Numbered from the stretch's first letter, positions 10,033 through 20,277 are shown. The stretch: DNA of 64,000 nt from Bacteroidota bacterium (GCA_035687895.1 DASRUE010000064.1:7281-71280); one strand, 5' to 3'. A program made the numbers and translations. Notes: generated from the letters alone by a model not told the origin.

Positions 10033-10887
10033 ATGAAACTCGCCTATACATCGGAAGAGGTGGAGCTCTGGCGTGATAAGATTCATCGTCGGAATCCGAG
10101 GCTTGCGGTGAAGTCGAAAGCTCAGGCACTCCGGTTCATCGAAGATGTCGGGTTTTGCTTCGCGTTCAAATCTGAGAACTCTGAATCTCCGTGCCTCTGG
10201 CACGCTGCCTTGGGAACTCGCAACCCCGAGATGCCAAAGCACACGCACCACGACCCGTATTTAAGCTTTGTGTGGGAAATGAAGAACATTCTTCCCTCCG
10301 AGCGCAAGATCTACTATGGAAAGCTCCTCAAGCATCGTCCAACTATGATCTCAATGGCTTATTTCCCGCATTTCTACGCCCTCTCCGAGAGAACGGGAAC
10401 GCCGGACGAATACCTGGACGAATTTTCCCGGGGCAAGTTGTCACCCGTGGCGAAGGCCATAATGGACTCACTTGCCGACACATCCCCTCAGGTCACAAAG
10501 GGCCTCAAGCTTGCTACTGGAAACCATACCAAGGGTGATCGTGCAGTCTTTGACAAGGCAATTGCAGAGCTCCAATCAAAGATGTTCATCGTCAAGGTGG
10601 CGGAGCATCACGAGCCGTTTACGTTTGAATGGGCCCCCGTTCACTCTACCTTTCCAGCTATGGTTCGAAAGTCACGGAAGATTTCAGCCCCTATTGCTCG
10701 CTGCGCGATTTTGGAGCGATACTTTAGAAACCAGCTCATCGGAACGGTGGACGCAATCCACAGACTCTTCGGTTGGAAGAAGCAGATAGTGTATCAGTCC
10801 CTTGGGAAAATGGTCGAAGAGGGGATAATCATACCAAACGTAAGAGTAGATGGAAAAGATAGTAAGTACTATTGCCTTGTACATTAA
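10033..10887 (+). CDS. Hypothetical protein (possible winged-helix C-terminus)
   Basis: 284 aa; no recognised catalytic motif; C-terminal IVYQSLGKMVEEGIII resembles a winged helix; start abuts the upstream stop. Confidence 0.4.
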   Translation: MKLAYTSEEVELWRDKIHRRNPRLAVKSKAQALRFIEDVGFCFAFKSENSESPCLWHAALGTRNPEMPKHTHHDPYLSFVWEMKNILPSERKIYYGKLLKHRPTMISMAYFPHFYALSERTGTPDEYLDEFSRGKLSPVAKAIMDSLADTSPQVTKGLKLATGNHTKGDRAVFDKAIAELQSKMFIVKVAEHHEPFTFEWAPVHSTFPAMVRKSRKISAPIARCAILERYFRNQLIGTVDAIHRLFGWKKQIVYQSLGKMVEEGIIIPNVRVDGKDSKYYCLVH

Positions 10888-10947
10888 AGTCCGCCAAACT
10901 ATGTTGTGCCACGTATGTTTCCGATTCAACGACTAAAGATTAGGTAA

Positions 10948-11778
10948 ATGAAACGACGCCTCCCGAAACCGACTAAAGCATACAAGAACCTCGAATTTCT
11001 CATCAGCCCCGATGCACGCATCATAAGAATGCTCGCGGAGTTTGTTGAGCCCCAAAGCAGGTTTAGGCATCAGGGCGTCAAAGACACGATCGTGTTCTTC
11101 GGTTCGGCTCGCATTAGGCCTCTGAGGGAATCCCGTCGCTACCTTGCATCAGTTCGGGAAAAAGTACGTCTCTTGAAGAAACCGGACAGAAAGTCTCTCC
11201 TTGTGCTCCGGGAAGCTCACACGATGGTCAAAATGTCGAAGTACTATGAGGATACCGTTGAGCTTGCACGGCTATTGACGACTTGGTCGAAAAAGTTGAG
11301 TAAGTCCAATCGATTTGTAGTATGTTCAGGTGGGGGACCGGGAATCATGGAAGCCGCAAATAAGGGAGCTTCATTGGCGAAAGGGAAAACCATAGGTCTG
11401 AATATCAGTCTACCTTTCGAGCAATTTGCCAATCCTTATATATCTAAGGAACTTAACTTCGAGTTTCACTACTTCTTTCTTCGCAAGTTCTGGTTCGTTT
11501 ACTTAGCCAAGGCGCTAGTTGTTTTCCCCGGTGGCTTCGGGACACTTGATGAACTCATGGAGGTTCTGACTCTGCTTCAGACAGAAAAGATCAAGAAGAA
11601 AATGACAGTTGTGATCTACGGAACGGAATACTGGAATAGGGTCATCAACTTCAAAGAGATGGTGCAGCACGGTGTTCTCTCAATGGAGGAACTCTCTCTT
11701 TTCAAATTCATAGATACTCCCAAAGAGGCCTTTGAGTATCTCAGAAACTCGTTGATGAAGAACTACCCAACTGGATAG
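10948..11778 (+). CDS. LOG family (TIGR00730) Rossmann-fold nucleotide-binding protein
   Basis: 276 aa; VVCSGGGPGIMEAANKGA and PGGFGTLDELMEVLTL motifs of the LOG / lysine-decarboxylase-like family. Confidence 0.8.
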   Translation: MKRRLPKPTKAYKNLEFLISPDARIIRMLAEFVEPQSRFRHQGVKDTIVFFGSARIRPLRESRRYLASVREKVRLLKKPDRKSLLVLREAHTMVKMSKYYEDTVELARLLTTWSKKLSKSNRFVVCSGGGPGIMEAANKGASLAKGKTIGLNISLPFEQFANPYISKELNFEFHYFFLRKFWFVYLAKALVVFPGGFGTLDELMEVLTLLQTEKIKKKMTVVIYGTEYWNRVINFKEMVQHGVLSMEELSLFKFIDTPKEAFEYLRNSLMKNYPTG

Positions 11779-11834
11779 TCAGCGTCTTCATAAACCTTGC
11801 TTTTTGAGGGACAGCTCCTTACCTTAGAGTCAGC

Positions 11835-12204
11835 GGGGATGACTTGGTTTCGACGGGGAAGGGGATGGTCAGGATTGCATACCGTGCTCTCCGAGTTGCA
11901 CGTTAATAAAGCGGAAAACCTTAAGTGCAGACTACAACTACGCACTGGCAGCTTAATTAATTAAGCTACCCGTTTCTCGGGATTCTGCCTGTCGGATCCC
12001 GAAGAAGCGCCGACTTCAGACAGGATAGCTGGACATGATCCTCAAGCACGTTTGGCGAACTCCCCGAAGGGGGAGACTCTTGGGGTTGCTTCCTCAATGT
12101 CCTGTCTGTCGGATACGAGGGAGTGAGTGGTGAAAGACAGACTATGTATGTAGTGGTCTTGATGGTCTTCTCTTCGGACGCGGGTTCGAATCCCGCCATC
12201 TCCA
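11835..12204 (+). ncRNA. ssrA: tmRNA (SsrA)
   Basis: 5' end GGGGATGACTTGGTTTCGACGGGG and 3' tRNA-like end GGACGCGGGTTCGAATCCCGCCATCTCCA. The G3:U pair is conserved. The internal tag frame GCA GAC TAC AAC TAC GCA CTG GCA GCT TAA encodes ADYNYALAA followed by a stop. Confidence 0.8.
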
Positions 12205-12210
12205 CACTAT

Positions 12211-12246
12211 GCGCCCCTGTTCAGAACGGGGCGCATTCATTTTGTC
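12211..12246 (+). terminator. Intrinsic terminator downstream of tmRNA
   Basis: Hairpin gcgcccc-tgttcagaa-cggggcgc followed by attcattttgt. Confidence 0.5.
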
Positions 12247-12305
12247 CGGCTTGCAACTTAATCTGAAAGTTGGTATCTACGTCTGAAACCTTCCAAACCC
12301 GGCAA

Positions 12306-13187
12306 ATGACAGAAACGATTGAGTTTACCAAAGCCTCAGGTGCAGGCAACGACTTCGTCCTTCTAAATAACATGAATGGACAAGTCATTGGAGACAGAAC
12401 CAGCCTCGCGAAGGCTCTATGCTCGCGTAATTCAGGAATTGGCGCGGACGGTCTGATCCTCCTGGAGAAAAGCGATCGGGCTGATTTTCTCATGACATAC
12501 TACAATGCCGATGGCAGCTACGGTGGCATGTGTGGAAACGGTGGCAGATGTGTTGCGAGATTCGCACATATCCTAGGTTTGGTTGCGGCAGAAATGCGCT
12601 TCGAAGCACTAGATCATGTCTATCGAGCACAGGTCAATGGGGAGACTGTGCGGCTTCATATGAAGGACCCTGTGAACTTGAAGGAGAATCTGGATTTCAC
12701 GGTGAGTTTGGCGAAGTTCCAAGGGCATTCTATCGACACGGGCTCCCCGCATTTGGTTCTTTTCGTAGATGAGATCATCCAGATTGATGTGGTTACTCTG
12801 GGTGCGAATCTTCGACGACATGAGCAGTTTCAGCCTTTAGGCACAAACGTCAATTTTGTAAAGGTGATATCGTCCAAGTCAATTGAAATCAGAACTTATG
12901 AGCGTGGGGTTGAAGCAGAAACGCTCGCCTGCGGCACAGGTTCAGTTGCAAGCGCTATAGTAAGTTCCCTTACCAAGGGAACGCAACCGCCAGTCGCCGT
13001 AAAGGTTCGCAGTGGGGAGGAACTGATTGTCGACTTTCGCAGGACTGGTAAACAATTCACCGAGGTTGTCCTCGAAGGGAGCGCCCACATGGTTTTTTCC
13101 GGGAGTCTACAATATGATCTTGATCGGCACCGGATTCGGGATGCTGCTCCCGTGATTGCTTCTTCACAATCGATGTCGTTCGGGTGA
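12306..13187 (+). CDS. dapF: Diaminopimelate epimerase
   Basis: FTKASGAGNDFVLL near the N-terminus and GMCGNGGRCVARF active-site Cys region; start set at the ATG giving MTETIEF. Confidence 0.85.
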   Translation: MTETIEFTKASGAGNDFVLLNNMNGQVIGDRTSLAKALCSRNSGIGADGLILLEKSDRADFLMTYYNADGSYGGMCGNGGRCVARFAHILGLVAAEMRFEALDHVYRAQVNGETVRLHMKDPVNLKENLDFTVSLAKFQGHSIDTGSPHLVLFVDEIIQIDVVTLGANLRRHEQFQPLGTNVNFVKVISSKSIEIRTYERGVEAETLACGTGSVASAIVSSLTKGTQPPVAVKVRSGEELIVDFRRTGKQFTEVVLEGSAHMVFSGSLQYDLDRHRIRDAAPVIASSQSMSFG

Positions 13188-14086
13188 GGAAGCACGTTTT
13201 CATCGTTAACCCGAAAGCTGGGCGAGGAGCTGGCAGACGTACGTTGAATGAATTGCCTGGGCGTCTAACCGGCTGGCCCAACGAGTACCAAATCATTGAG
13301 ACGTCTGGGCCGGGTGAAGCCTCAGAGATAGCAAGATCGGTTGACTCAGAGGTGTGCGTTGCGGTGGGGGGGGATGGGACCATCAACGAAGTGGTCAATG
13401 GGCTCATCGGCACAAACCGAACGCTTGCGATTCTGCCATCGGGTTCTGGAAATGACTTTGCGAAGTCGATTGGTATCCCCAAGTCGACAGCGGCGGCTTT
13501 AGAAATAATTCGTGCTGGCAAGTCAAAGAGCATTGACGTTGGAACCGTTGCTTGTGGGGCAAACAGTGACAGCCGCAACCAATCAAAACGCTTATTTGCT
13601 AATGGTGTAGGTATCGGCTTTGATGCAGCCGTAGCAGCAAAGACTCTGGAGATTCCCCATCTTTCGGGGACAATGCTATATCTGGTTGCCGTTCTGAAAA
13701 CGTTGGGAAAGTATCGCTCACCGCTTTTCCACATTTCGATAGACGGAAGAACCACGGTTTCACATAACTTGTTGATCGCCATTGGGAACGGCATCTGTGC
13801 TGGAGGTGGTTTCTATCTAACGCCTGACGCGAAAGTAGACGATGGCCAGCTCGACGTTTGCCTAGTCGAGGAAATGTCCATCGCAGGGATCCTCCAACTC
13901 ATGCCGAGAGTAATGAAGGGTAAACACGGCACGTTCAAAGGCGTCGAGTTTCAGAGAGGCGCTTGTGTAAGTATTCATGGGGATGCTCCGTTCTTTGTTC
14001 ATGCAGACGGTGAGATTGTTGGCGACGGTGTAACAGATGTACAGGTGTCGTTGGTCGACCAATCATTGTCGGTTATTGTTGGGTAG
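13184..14086 (+). CDS. Diacylglycerol-kinase-family lipid kinase (YegS/BmrU-like)
   Basis: 300 aa; DAGK catalytic motif VAVGGDGTINEVVNGL; GTG start overlaps the dapF stop (GTGA). Confidence 0.75.
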   Translation: MRKHVFIVNPKAGRGAGRRTLNELPGRLTGWPNEYQIIETSGPGEASEIARSVDSEVCVAVGGDGTINEVVNGLIGTNRTLAILPSGSGNDFAKSIGIPKSTAAALEIIRAGKSKSIDVGTVACGANSDSRNQSKRLFANGVGIGFDAAVAAKTLEIPHLSGTMLYLVAVLKTLGKYRSPLFHISIDGRTTVSHNLLIAIGNGICAGGGFYLTPDAKVDDGQLDVCLVEEMSIAGILQLMPRVMKGKHGTFKGVEFQRGACVSIHGDAPFFVHADGEIVGDGVTDVQVSLVDQSLSVIVG

Positions 14087-14088
14087 GA

Positions 14089-14556
14089 ATGTACCGAATG
14101 AAACTCGCTGAAGCCGAACAAACTCCGACCGAAGCCAGAAGGGACTTCATTTCCAAGTTGCTTGGTATTTGGTCTGTTGCTGTCGCCGCCCCCATTTGCA
14201 CAGCAATCCTAAAATTCGTCACGCCGATCATACCAGAAGGGCCTGCGACCGAGAGCATTGAGGTTGGAGCACGCAGCGATATTGTTGAGAATAGTGCAAG
14301 GATCGTCCGGTTTGGGAAAGAACCAGTTATCTTGGTCCATACTCAATCCGGACAGTACAAGGCATTCTTTGCACGATGTACTCACCTTGGTTGCATCGTT
14401 CAATACCAGGGGCAGGGTATTCCTCACTTTTCCTGTAACTGTCACGGTAGCCAATTTGACATCAATGGCAAGAACGTCGCGGGTCCTGCACCGCGGCCTC
14501 TCAGTCCTCTGAGAGTTAGTATTAAGGAAACCGCTGTAATCATTTCTAAAGTCTGA
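14089..14556 (+). CDS. petC: Rieske 2Fe-2S subunit of the cytochrome b/Rieske complex
   Basis: 155 aa; N-terminal transmembrane anchor; Rieske boxes CTHLGC and CNCHGS. Confidence 0.8.
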   Translation: MYRMKLAEAEQTPTEARRDFISKLLGIWSVAVAAPICTAILKFVTPIIPEGPATESIEVGARSDIVENSARIVRFGKEPVILVHTQSGQYKAFFARCTHLGCIVQYQGQGIPHFSCNCHGSQFDINGKNVAGPAPRPLSPLRVSIKETAVIISKV

Positions 14557-14568
14557 CGATATACTCGG

Positions 14569-15645
14569 ATGCCAAATCCCCGTTCTGCGATTCGGTTCGG
14601 TTCGTGGCTGCGCGAACGACTCCCAGTTAGTGATGATGTTTTCGCATTCTTCGCTAAGAAATCAGTCCCTCGACACAGACACTCAGTCTGGTATTACTTC
14701 GGCGGGTTGACTCTCTTTTTTCTTCTGGTCCAAGTTATTACGGGCGTACTATTGGCACTGTACTACAAACCTTCGCCGGAGCATGCCCATCAGAGTGTCA
14801 GCACAATTATTAACGATGTGCCCTACGGCTGGCTGATCCGTTCCCTGCATTCTTGGGGAGCGAATCTCATGATTGCGACTCTTTTCATTCATATGTTCAG
14901 TGCTTTCCTGTTGAAAGCCTATCGAAAGCCGCGTGAACTGATGTGGCTCTCTGGTGTCTTGCTCCTTTTCCTTGTGCTGGGGTTTGGATTCACCGGATAC
15001 CTGCTCCCATGGGACACGATGGCGTACTTTGCAACTCTGATCGGTACTGAAGTCCCCAAGGCTCTGCCAATAATTGGAGATTGGGGGGTGGGCCTCCTGA
15101 AAGGAGGAGACGATATTGGTGCTGAAACATTGACGAGGATGTACACAATTCACATAGTGATTCTGCCTTTAACCTCTTTGATCATTGTAAGTTTCCATCT
15201 TCTAACAAATCAACTTCTTGGATCGAGTATGCCATTGGGAGTGGAAGAGAAGAGGCCAGCCATTCGATTCTTTCCAAACTTCCTCTATCGCGACCTCATC
15301 GCATGGACTTTGGGGTTCATATCGTTACTCGCTCTGGCGACATTAATTCCTTGGGGGTTAGGCGAGCGAGCTGATCCATTTGCATCGGCTCCGTTGGGAA
15401 TCAAGCCAGAGTGGTACTTTCTTCCCCTGTATCAGACCTTAAGGATTGTACCATCCACAGTCTTTTCAGTGAGTGGGGAGTTCTTCGTCAACGGAATCGT
15501 GGGCCTTGTGGCTGTTCTCTGGGCGGGAATACCATTCCTGGACCGCAAGGCGTCCCGGGGCGAGAAGAGCAGACTGTTTACAGTTCTCGGGATTCTCTTG
15601 ATAGCGTATCTCGCAATAACGATCATTCTGGCATATGCGACATAG
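14569..15645 (+). CDS. petB: Cytochrome b subunit (b6-type) of the cytochrome b/Rieske complex
   Basis: 358 aa; polytopic; SVWYYFGGLTLFFLLVQVITGVLLALYY and conserved haem-ligand His-containing helices. Confidence 0.85.
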   Translation: MPNPRSAIRFGSWLRERLPVSDDVFAFFAKKSVPRHRHSVWYYFGGLTLFFLLVQVITGVLLALYYKPSPEHAHQSVSTIINDVPYGWLIRSLHSWGANLMIATLFIHMFSAFLLKAYRKPRELMWLSGVLLLFLVLGFGFTGYLLPWDTMAYFATLIGTEVPKALPIIGDWGVGLLKGGDDIGAETLTRMYTIHIVILPLTSLIIVSFHLLTNQLLGSSMPLGVEEKRPAIRFFPNFLYRDLIAWTLGFISLLALATLIPWGLGERADPFASAPLGIKPEWYFLPLYQTLRIVPSTVFSVSGEFFVNGIVGLVAVLWAGIPFLDRKASRGEKSRLFTVLGILLIAYLAITIILAYAT

Positions 15646-15868
15646 TATTTTGTTGGCAGTGGTTCTCGCAGCTTTGACAGCGACCCTCTGTATGGGCCAA
15701 ACGGATTTCACTCGGAAAGACTCAGTTCATTTCGTTTCCGAAAGTCAGATCCAATTCCCGGACATCACAGAGAGGATGTTTCTTCTCGCCACGATGATTG
15801 TGTGTATGGGCGGGCTGGCTCTGATCTTAAATGCAAAGCGTCGGGCAGCAGATATGCGCACGGACTAA
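15635..15868 (+). CDS. Small membrane protein overlapping the petB stop
   Basis: 77 aa; N-terminal signal/anchor and C-terminal transmembrane segment; ATG overlaps the petB stop codon; no recognised domain. Confidence 0.3.
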   Translation: MRHSILLAVVLAALTATLCMGQTDFTRKDSVHFVSESQIQFPDITERMFLLATMIVCMGGLALILNAKRRAADMRTD

Positions 15869-15957
15869 TGACGTCTGAGAAGCGAGCATGAGGGTTTTCA
15901 AGTCGCTACCAAATAAGGTATATTATGTAAATGTACGTATGATCAGCCCCTCCTCGC

Positions 15958-18195
15958 TCAATCCAACCGCTTCGGTATTGCACGCTCATAAGCATCTTTT
16001 AAACAATAGCATTCTACGCAAATCAAGTTGCCTATTTCCAGCCGATTCCCTCCAACAGTCCCGATCACTTCAGCCCGTAATCCAACTCGGTTCGCTTGCA
16101 TCAGAAGTTTTTCTGCATCCTCGGATCTTGTCGTGACGACAATTCGTGACTGATCCTCACCGAATAGAAGTTTGTCAACTCGTATTCCCTGGCTTGAAAG
16201 CTGCACAGTTGAGCCAAGCAACCCTGCTGAGGAAATACAACATTCAGCAAGAGCCACGGCCAAGCCACCCTCCGAACAATCGTGAGCTGACTGAACGATA
16301 CCAGCCTCTATGCCTTGCAAGCAAACTTGTTGGACTTTCTTCTCTGCAACGAGGTCGATCTCGGGAGCATCACCGCCCACCATACCGTGAAACGTTGCCA
16401 GGTATTCAGAGCCGCCAAGATGTCCCAGGTTTGAACCAAGCAAGATGACCGAATCACCAGAACGTTTGAAGCCGGACGTCCTTACCATATCCAGATTCTG
16501 AATTATACCCAGCATCCCGATGACTGGCGTCGGATAGACCGATGCAGTGGGTCCTTCATTGTAGAAGCTGACATTTCCGCCCGTCACCGGTGTATCAAGT
16601 ACACGGCAAGCGTCAGCCATACCGCGAACTGCTTCGCGAAACTGCCAGTATACATCCGGCTTGTGGGGATTTCCAAAGTTCAGGCAATTCGTAATGGCCA
16701 GCGGAGTTGCACCTGTGCATACGACGTTGCGCGCAGCTTCCGCTACAGCAATCATTCCACCAGAATATGGATTCAGATACACATATCGACTATTGCAGTC
16801 AGTCGTCAATGCAAGCGCTTTATTCGCTTCTTTAACATAGACTACAGCCGCATCACCTTGAGCCAATACCACGTTGTTTGTTCTGACCATACTATCATAC
16901 TGCTCGTAAACCCACCGTTTGCTTGAAACACTTGGAGATGAAAGAAGCGCAAGCAATACCTGATTGAGATCACCGGGCTGGGGTACCAATTCTTCATCAA
17001 GCAAGCGAATCGCCTTTAGGTACTCCGGTTCACGAGCCTCCCTGATGTAAACGGGAGCACCACCACCCAGAACAAGTGACTTCGGCGGAACATCCGCAAC
17101 AACCTCGCCGCGGTAAGAGATTTCAAGCCGATCTTCATCGATCACTTCTCCTATGATCTCCGCATGAAGATCCCATTTACCGAATACCGCCTTGACATCC
17201 CTTTCGTATCCATTCTTAACAACCACCAGCATGCGCTCTTGCGACTCCGAGAGCATTAGCTCGTACGCAGACATGTTGCCCTCGCGGGCTGGAACCCTGT
17301 CAAGGTTGATCCGCATGCCGCTCTCCCCCTTTGCGCTCATCTCCGATGTCGAGCATGTAATCCCAGCGGCACCCATATCCTGGATACCGACCACGAAACC
17401 TGACCGGATCGCTTCGAGTGACGCTTCCAGGAGGAGCTTTTCTGTGAAGGGATCACCGACCTGGACCGACGGGCGTTTTGCCTCCGACCTATCAGAGATC
17501 TCCTCGGATGCAAATGTCGCTCCGTGAATTCCGTCTCTGCCTGTCGCTGAACCAACAATCATCACCGGATTGCCAGCACCCATAGCAATTGCGCTGGACC
17601 ACTGGCCATGCTTCACTATGCCGACAGCCATGGCATTGACCAATGGGTTTTCCTGATAACATGGATCAAAATAGACCTCTCCTCCAACCGTCGGAACGCC
17701 AAAACTGTTGCCGTAGTCCCCGATTCCTTTCACTACGCCCTTCAGTAAGTGCTTTGTTCGGTCGCTGTCGAGATTGCCGAATCGAAGTGAATTAAGTCCC
17801 GCTATCGGCCGTGCACCCATGGTGAAGATGTCCCGCATGATTCCACCAACTCCAGTTGCAGCTCCTTGATAGGGCTCAACGGCCGAAGGATGATTGTGGC
17901 TTTCAATCTTGAACGCCACCGCGAATCCGCCACCGATATCCACAAGGCCTGCATTCTCCGATCCCGCACTTACGAGGAGTTTGCCACCGCTTCGAGGCAA
18001 TGTCTTGAGCACGGCAATGGAGTTTTTGTACGAGCAGTGTTCACTCCACATGACACTGTAGATACCCAGTTCGGTATACGTTGGAACACGGCCAAGGACA
18101 TTTAGTACCATGCCGTATTCTTCCTCTGTCAAGCCATGTTTCAAGGCAAGGTCGAGATCTACTCTGGGTTCGTTCTCCACAATGGTCTTTTCCAT
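15958..18195 (-). CDS. purL: Phosphoribosylformylglycinamidine synthase subunit PurL
   Basis: 745 aa; duplicated AIRS-like domains; EHCSYKNS and other PurL motifs. Confidence 0.9.
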   Translation of the reverse strand: MEKTIVENEPRVDLDLALKHGLTEEEYGMVLNVLGRVPTYTELGIYSVMWSEHCSYKNSIAVLKTLPRSGGKLLVSAGSENAGLVDIGGGFAVAFKIESHNHPSAVEPYQGAATGVGGIMRDIFTMGARPIAGLNSLRFGNLDSDRTKHLLKGVVKGIGDYGNSFGVPTVGGEVYFDPCYQENPLVNAMAVGIVKHGQWSSAIAMGAGNPVMIVGSATGRDGIHGATFASEEISDRSEAKRPSVQVGDPFTEKLLLEASLEAIRSGFVVGIQDMGAAGITCSTSEMSAKGESGMRINLDRVPAREGNMSAYELMLSESQERMLVVVKNGYERDVKAVFGKWDLHAEIIGEVIDEDRLEISYRGEVVADVPPKSLVLGGGAPVYIREAREPEYLKAIRLLDEELVPQPGDLNQVLLALLSSPSVSSKRWVYEQYDSMVRTNNVVLAQGDAAVVYVKEANKALALTTDCNSRYVYLNPYSGGMIAVAEAARNVVCTGATPLAITNCLNFGNPHKPDVYWQFREAVRGMADACRVLDTPVTGGNVSFYNEGPTASVYPTPVIGMLGIIQNLDMVRTSGFKRSGDSVILLGSNLGHLGGSEYLATFHGMVGGDAPEIDLVAEKKVQQVCLQGIEAGIVQSAHDCSEGGLAVALAECCISSAGLLGSTVQLSSQGIRVDKLLFGEDQSRIVVTTRSEDAEKLLMQANRVGLRAEVIGTVGGNRLEIGNLICVECYCLKDAYERAIPKRLD

Positions 18196-18227
18196 TACGT
18201 CATGATCCGTTCAAGAATTGTTGTGGT

Positions 18228-18725
18228 TCATTCCAGCAACAGCAAAAGCTGGCCTTTCTCGACCGCCTTTCCCACCACCACCCAGATTTCCTTGACCTTG
18301 CCGGTCTGTTGTGCTCGGAGTTCATTTTCCATTTTCATCGCTTCGAGGATGATCAGTCCTTGCCCCTCAGTGACTTCATCCCCAACATTGACCTGAATCC
18401 TCGCCACCATCGCAGGCATTGGTGCGTGCACTTCAAAGCGGTGATGGCCGGCAATTGCGGTCCCGGCATACTGCCTCAGCAATCTTTCTCTTTCTGTCTC
18501 AACACCCACTCTTAGCAAGATCCCGTTGCTCAGCACTTCATATCCGCTGTTTGTTCGAGACGCTACCAATGTATGCGACCCACCATGAAGCAGAATTGAG
18601 AAGGTATTCGCATCGATCCGCGTGATATCAAGAGATGTGCGTCGCCCATCGAGCAATACGGTACCATCATCATGAACTATGACAACATGCTCCTTACCAC
18701 CGGATGTCATGAAGTAGGTATGCAT
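18228..18725 (-). CDS. Biotin carboxyl carrier / biotin-lipoyl attachment protein
   Basis: 165 aa; C-terminal EAMKMENE biotinylation motif. Confidence 0.7.
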   Translation of the reverse strand: MHTYFMTSGGKEHVVIVHDDGTVLLDGRRTSLDITRIDANTFSILLHGGSHTLVASRTNSGYEVLSNGILLRVGVETERERLLRQYAGTAIAGHHRFEVHAPMPAMVARIQVNVGDEVTEGQGLIILEAMKMENELRAQQTGKVKEIWVVVGKAVEKGQLLLLLE

Positions 18726-18726
18726 C

Positions 18727-20277
18727 CTATGATCTCATACCGTCGATACGCTTCTGTTTCCAATTCTTGCGTGTACCAGTGGGAATCGACCCATTCATGG
18801 ACAGCATCGCTCCGTTAACAGCATGGATGTTCACCCTGGATACATCACTATCGTGCCGAAGAAGAGCACAGACAATTGCTGCCATGCGTTGTTGGTCTAT
18901 CGTGGGCGACGGGAGTTTTTTCGGGTCGTAATGGCGAGCAAGGAAATTGGTATCAAGATCACCTGCCACAAATTGATCATGTTGCAGAATGAAACGATGC
19001 AGCGGTATATTCGTTCGAACACCGAGGATTTCGTATTCACCAAGCGCCCGCAACATCTTCGCGGTGGCTTCCATCCGATTGGGTCCCCAAGCAATCAACT
19101 TCGAGAGCAACGGATCGTAATACACTGACACCTCTCCCCCAACTTCAATTCCCCTATCCTCGCGTATCCCGACACCTTGCGGACTCTTCAGATGCACGAT
19201 CATTCCTGTCGATGGGAGGAAATCATTCTCGACATCTTCAGCACAGATCCTGCATTCGATAGCATGGCCGCTAAATCGAATGTCTTCCTGGTGAAACGGA
19301 AGAGGCTCTCCCATTGCGATTCGGAGTTGTGCTGCGACCAGATCGATACCCACGCGCAATTCTGTGATTGGATGCTCTACCTGAAGTCGCGTGTTCATTT
19401 CAAGGAAGTAGAACTTTCTGTCCTTGTCGACTAGAAACTCTATCGTTCCAGCATTCCGGTACCCGCAGGCCCGCGCTGCCTTCACAGCGGTCTCTCCCAT
19501 GCGATGGCGGAGTGCATCATCAAGGAATACCGAAGGAGTCTCCTCAATGATTTTTTGATGGCGCCGTTGAATTGTGCATTCTCTTTCCCCGAGGTGGACG
19601 ATGTTACCCTGATTGTCAGCCAGGATTTGAAACTCAATATGGCGCGGTCCCTCAAGATACTTTTCCACGTAGACGCGATCATCATCAAATGCGCTCCTCG
19701 CTTCCGACCGTGCAGCCGAGAGCGAGGGCGAGAGCTGCTCTTCAGTATGGACAATCCGCATTCCTTTGCCCCCTCCACCTGCCGCTGCTTTGATCAGGAT
19801 GGGAAGCCCGTGCCTCCTACAGAAGCTTCTGACTTCTTCCTCAGAGGAAACGGCACTGGAGGTGCCCGGAATAGTCGGGACCTTTGCCTCCTGAACGAGT
19901 CTTCGCGCTTCAGTCTTGTCGCCCATTGCATGGATGGCCTCGGGTGGAGGTCCGACGAAGAGAAAGCCCTCCTTGATAACGCGTCGTGCGAACAGTGCAT
20001 TTTCGGAGAGGAAACCATAGCCGGGATGGATGGCGTCGACCCCGGCACGTTTCCCGACCGCGAGGATCTTGTCCATAGCAAGATAACTCTCCCGGGAGGG
20101 TGACGGTCCGATGTGATAGGCCTCGTCGGCCATCAGAACATGGGGCATCTGTCTGTCTGCATCGGAATAAACGCCGACAGTTGCAATTCCCATTTCACGA
20201 CATGTCCGCATTATACGGACGGCGATTTCCCCGCGATTGGCAACGAGCAATTTTCGAATTGAACGTGTGCCTGTCAT
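18727..20277 (-). CDS. accC: Biotin carboxylase (acetyl/acyl-CoA carboxylase subunit)
   Basis: 516 aa; ATP-grasp with KLLVANRGEIAVRIMRTCREMGIATV N-terminus and a biotin carboxylase C-terminal domain; about 60 aa longer than a canonical AccC. Confidence 0.8.
   Translation of the reverse strand: MTGTRSIRKLLVANRGEIAVRIMRTCREMGIATVGVYSDADRQMPHVLMADEAYHIGPSPSRESYLAMDKILAVGKRAGVDAIHPGYGFLSENALFARRVIKEGFLFVGPPPEAIHAMGDKTEARRLVQEAKVPTIPGTSSAVSSEEEVRSFCRRHGLPILIKAAAGGGGKGMRIVHTEEQLSPSLSAARSEARSAFDDDRVYVEKYLEGPRHIEFQILADNQGNIVHLGERECTIQRRHQKIIEETPSVFLDDALRHRMGETAVKAARACGYRNAGTIEFLVDKDRKFYFLEMNTRLQVEHPITELRVGIDLVAAQLRIAMGEPLPFHQEDIRFSGHAIECRICAEDVENDFLPSTGMIVHLKSPQGVGIREDRGIEVGGEVSVYYDPLLSKLIAWGPNRMEATAKMLRALGEYEILGVRTNIPLHRFILQHDQFVAGDLDTNFLARHYDPKKLPSPTIDQQRMAAIVCALLRHDSDVSRVNIHAVNGAMLSMNGSIPTGTRKNWKQKRIDGMRS

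Noticed and set aside
11966-12205. 79-aa minus-strand ORF in the six-frame track
   Set aside because: Lies entirely inside the tmRNA gene. It has no start context and its amino-acid content mirrors the structured RNA.
14749-15153. 134-aa minus-strand ORF
   Set aside because: Antisense to the cytochrome b gene.
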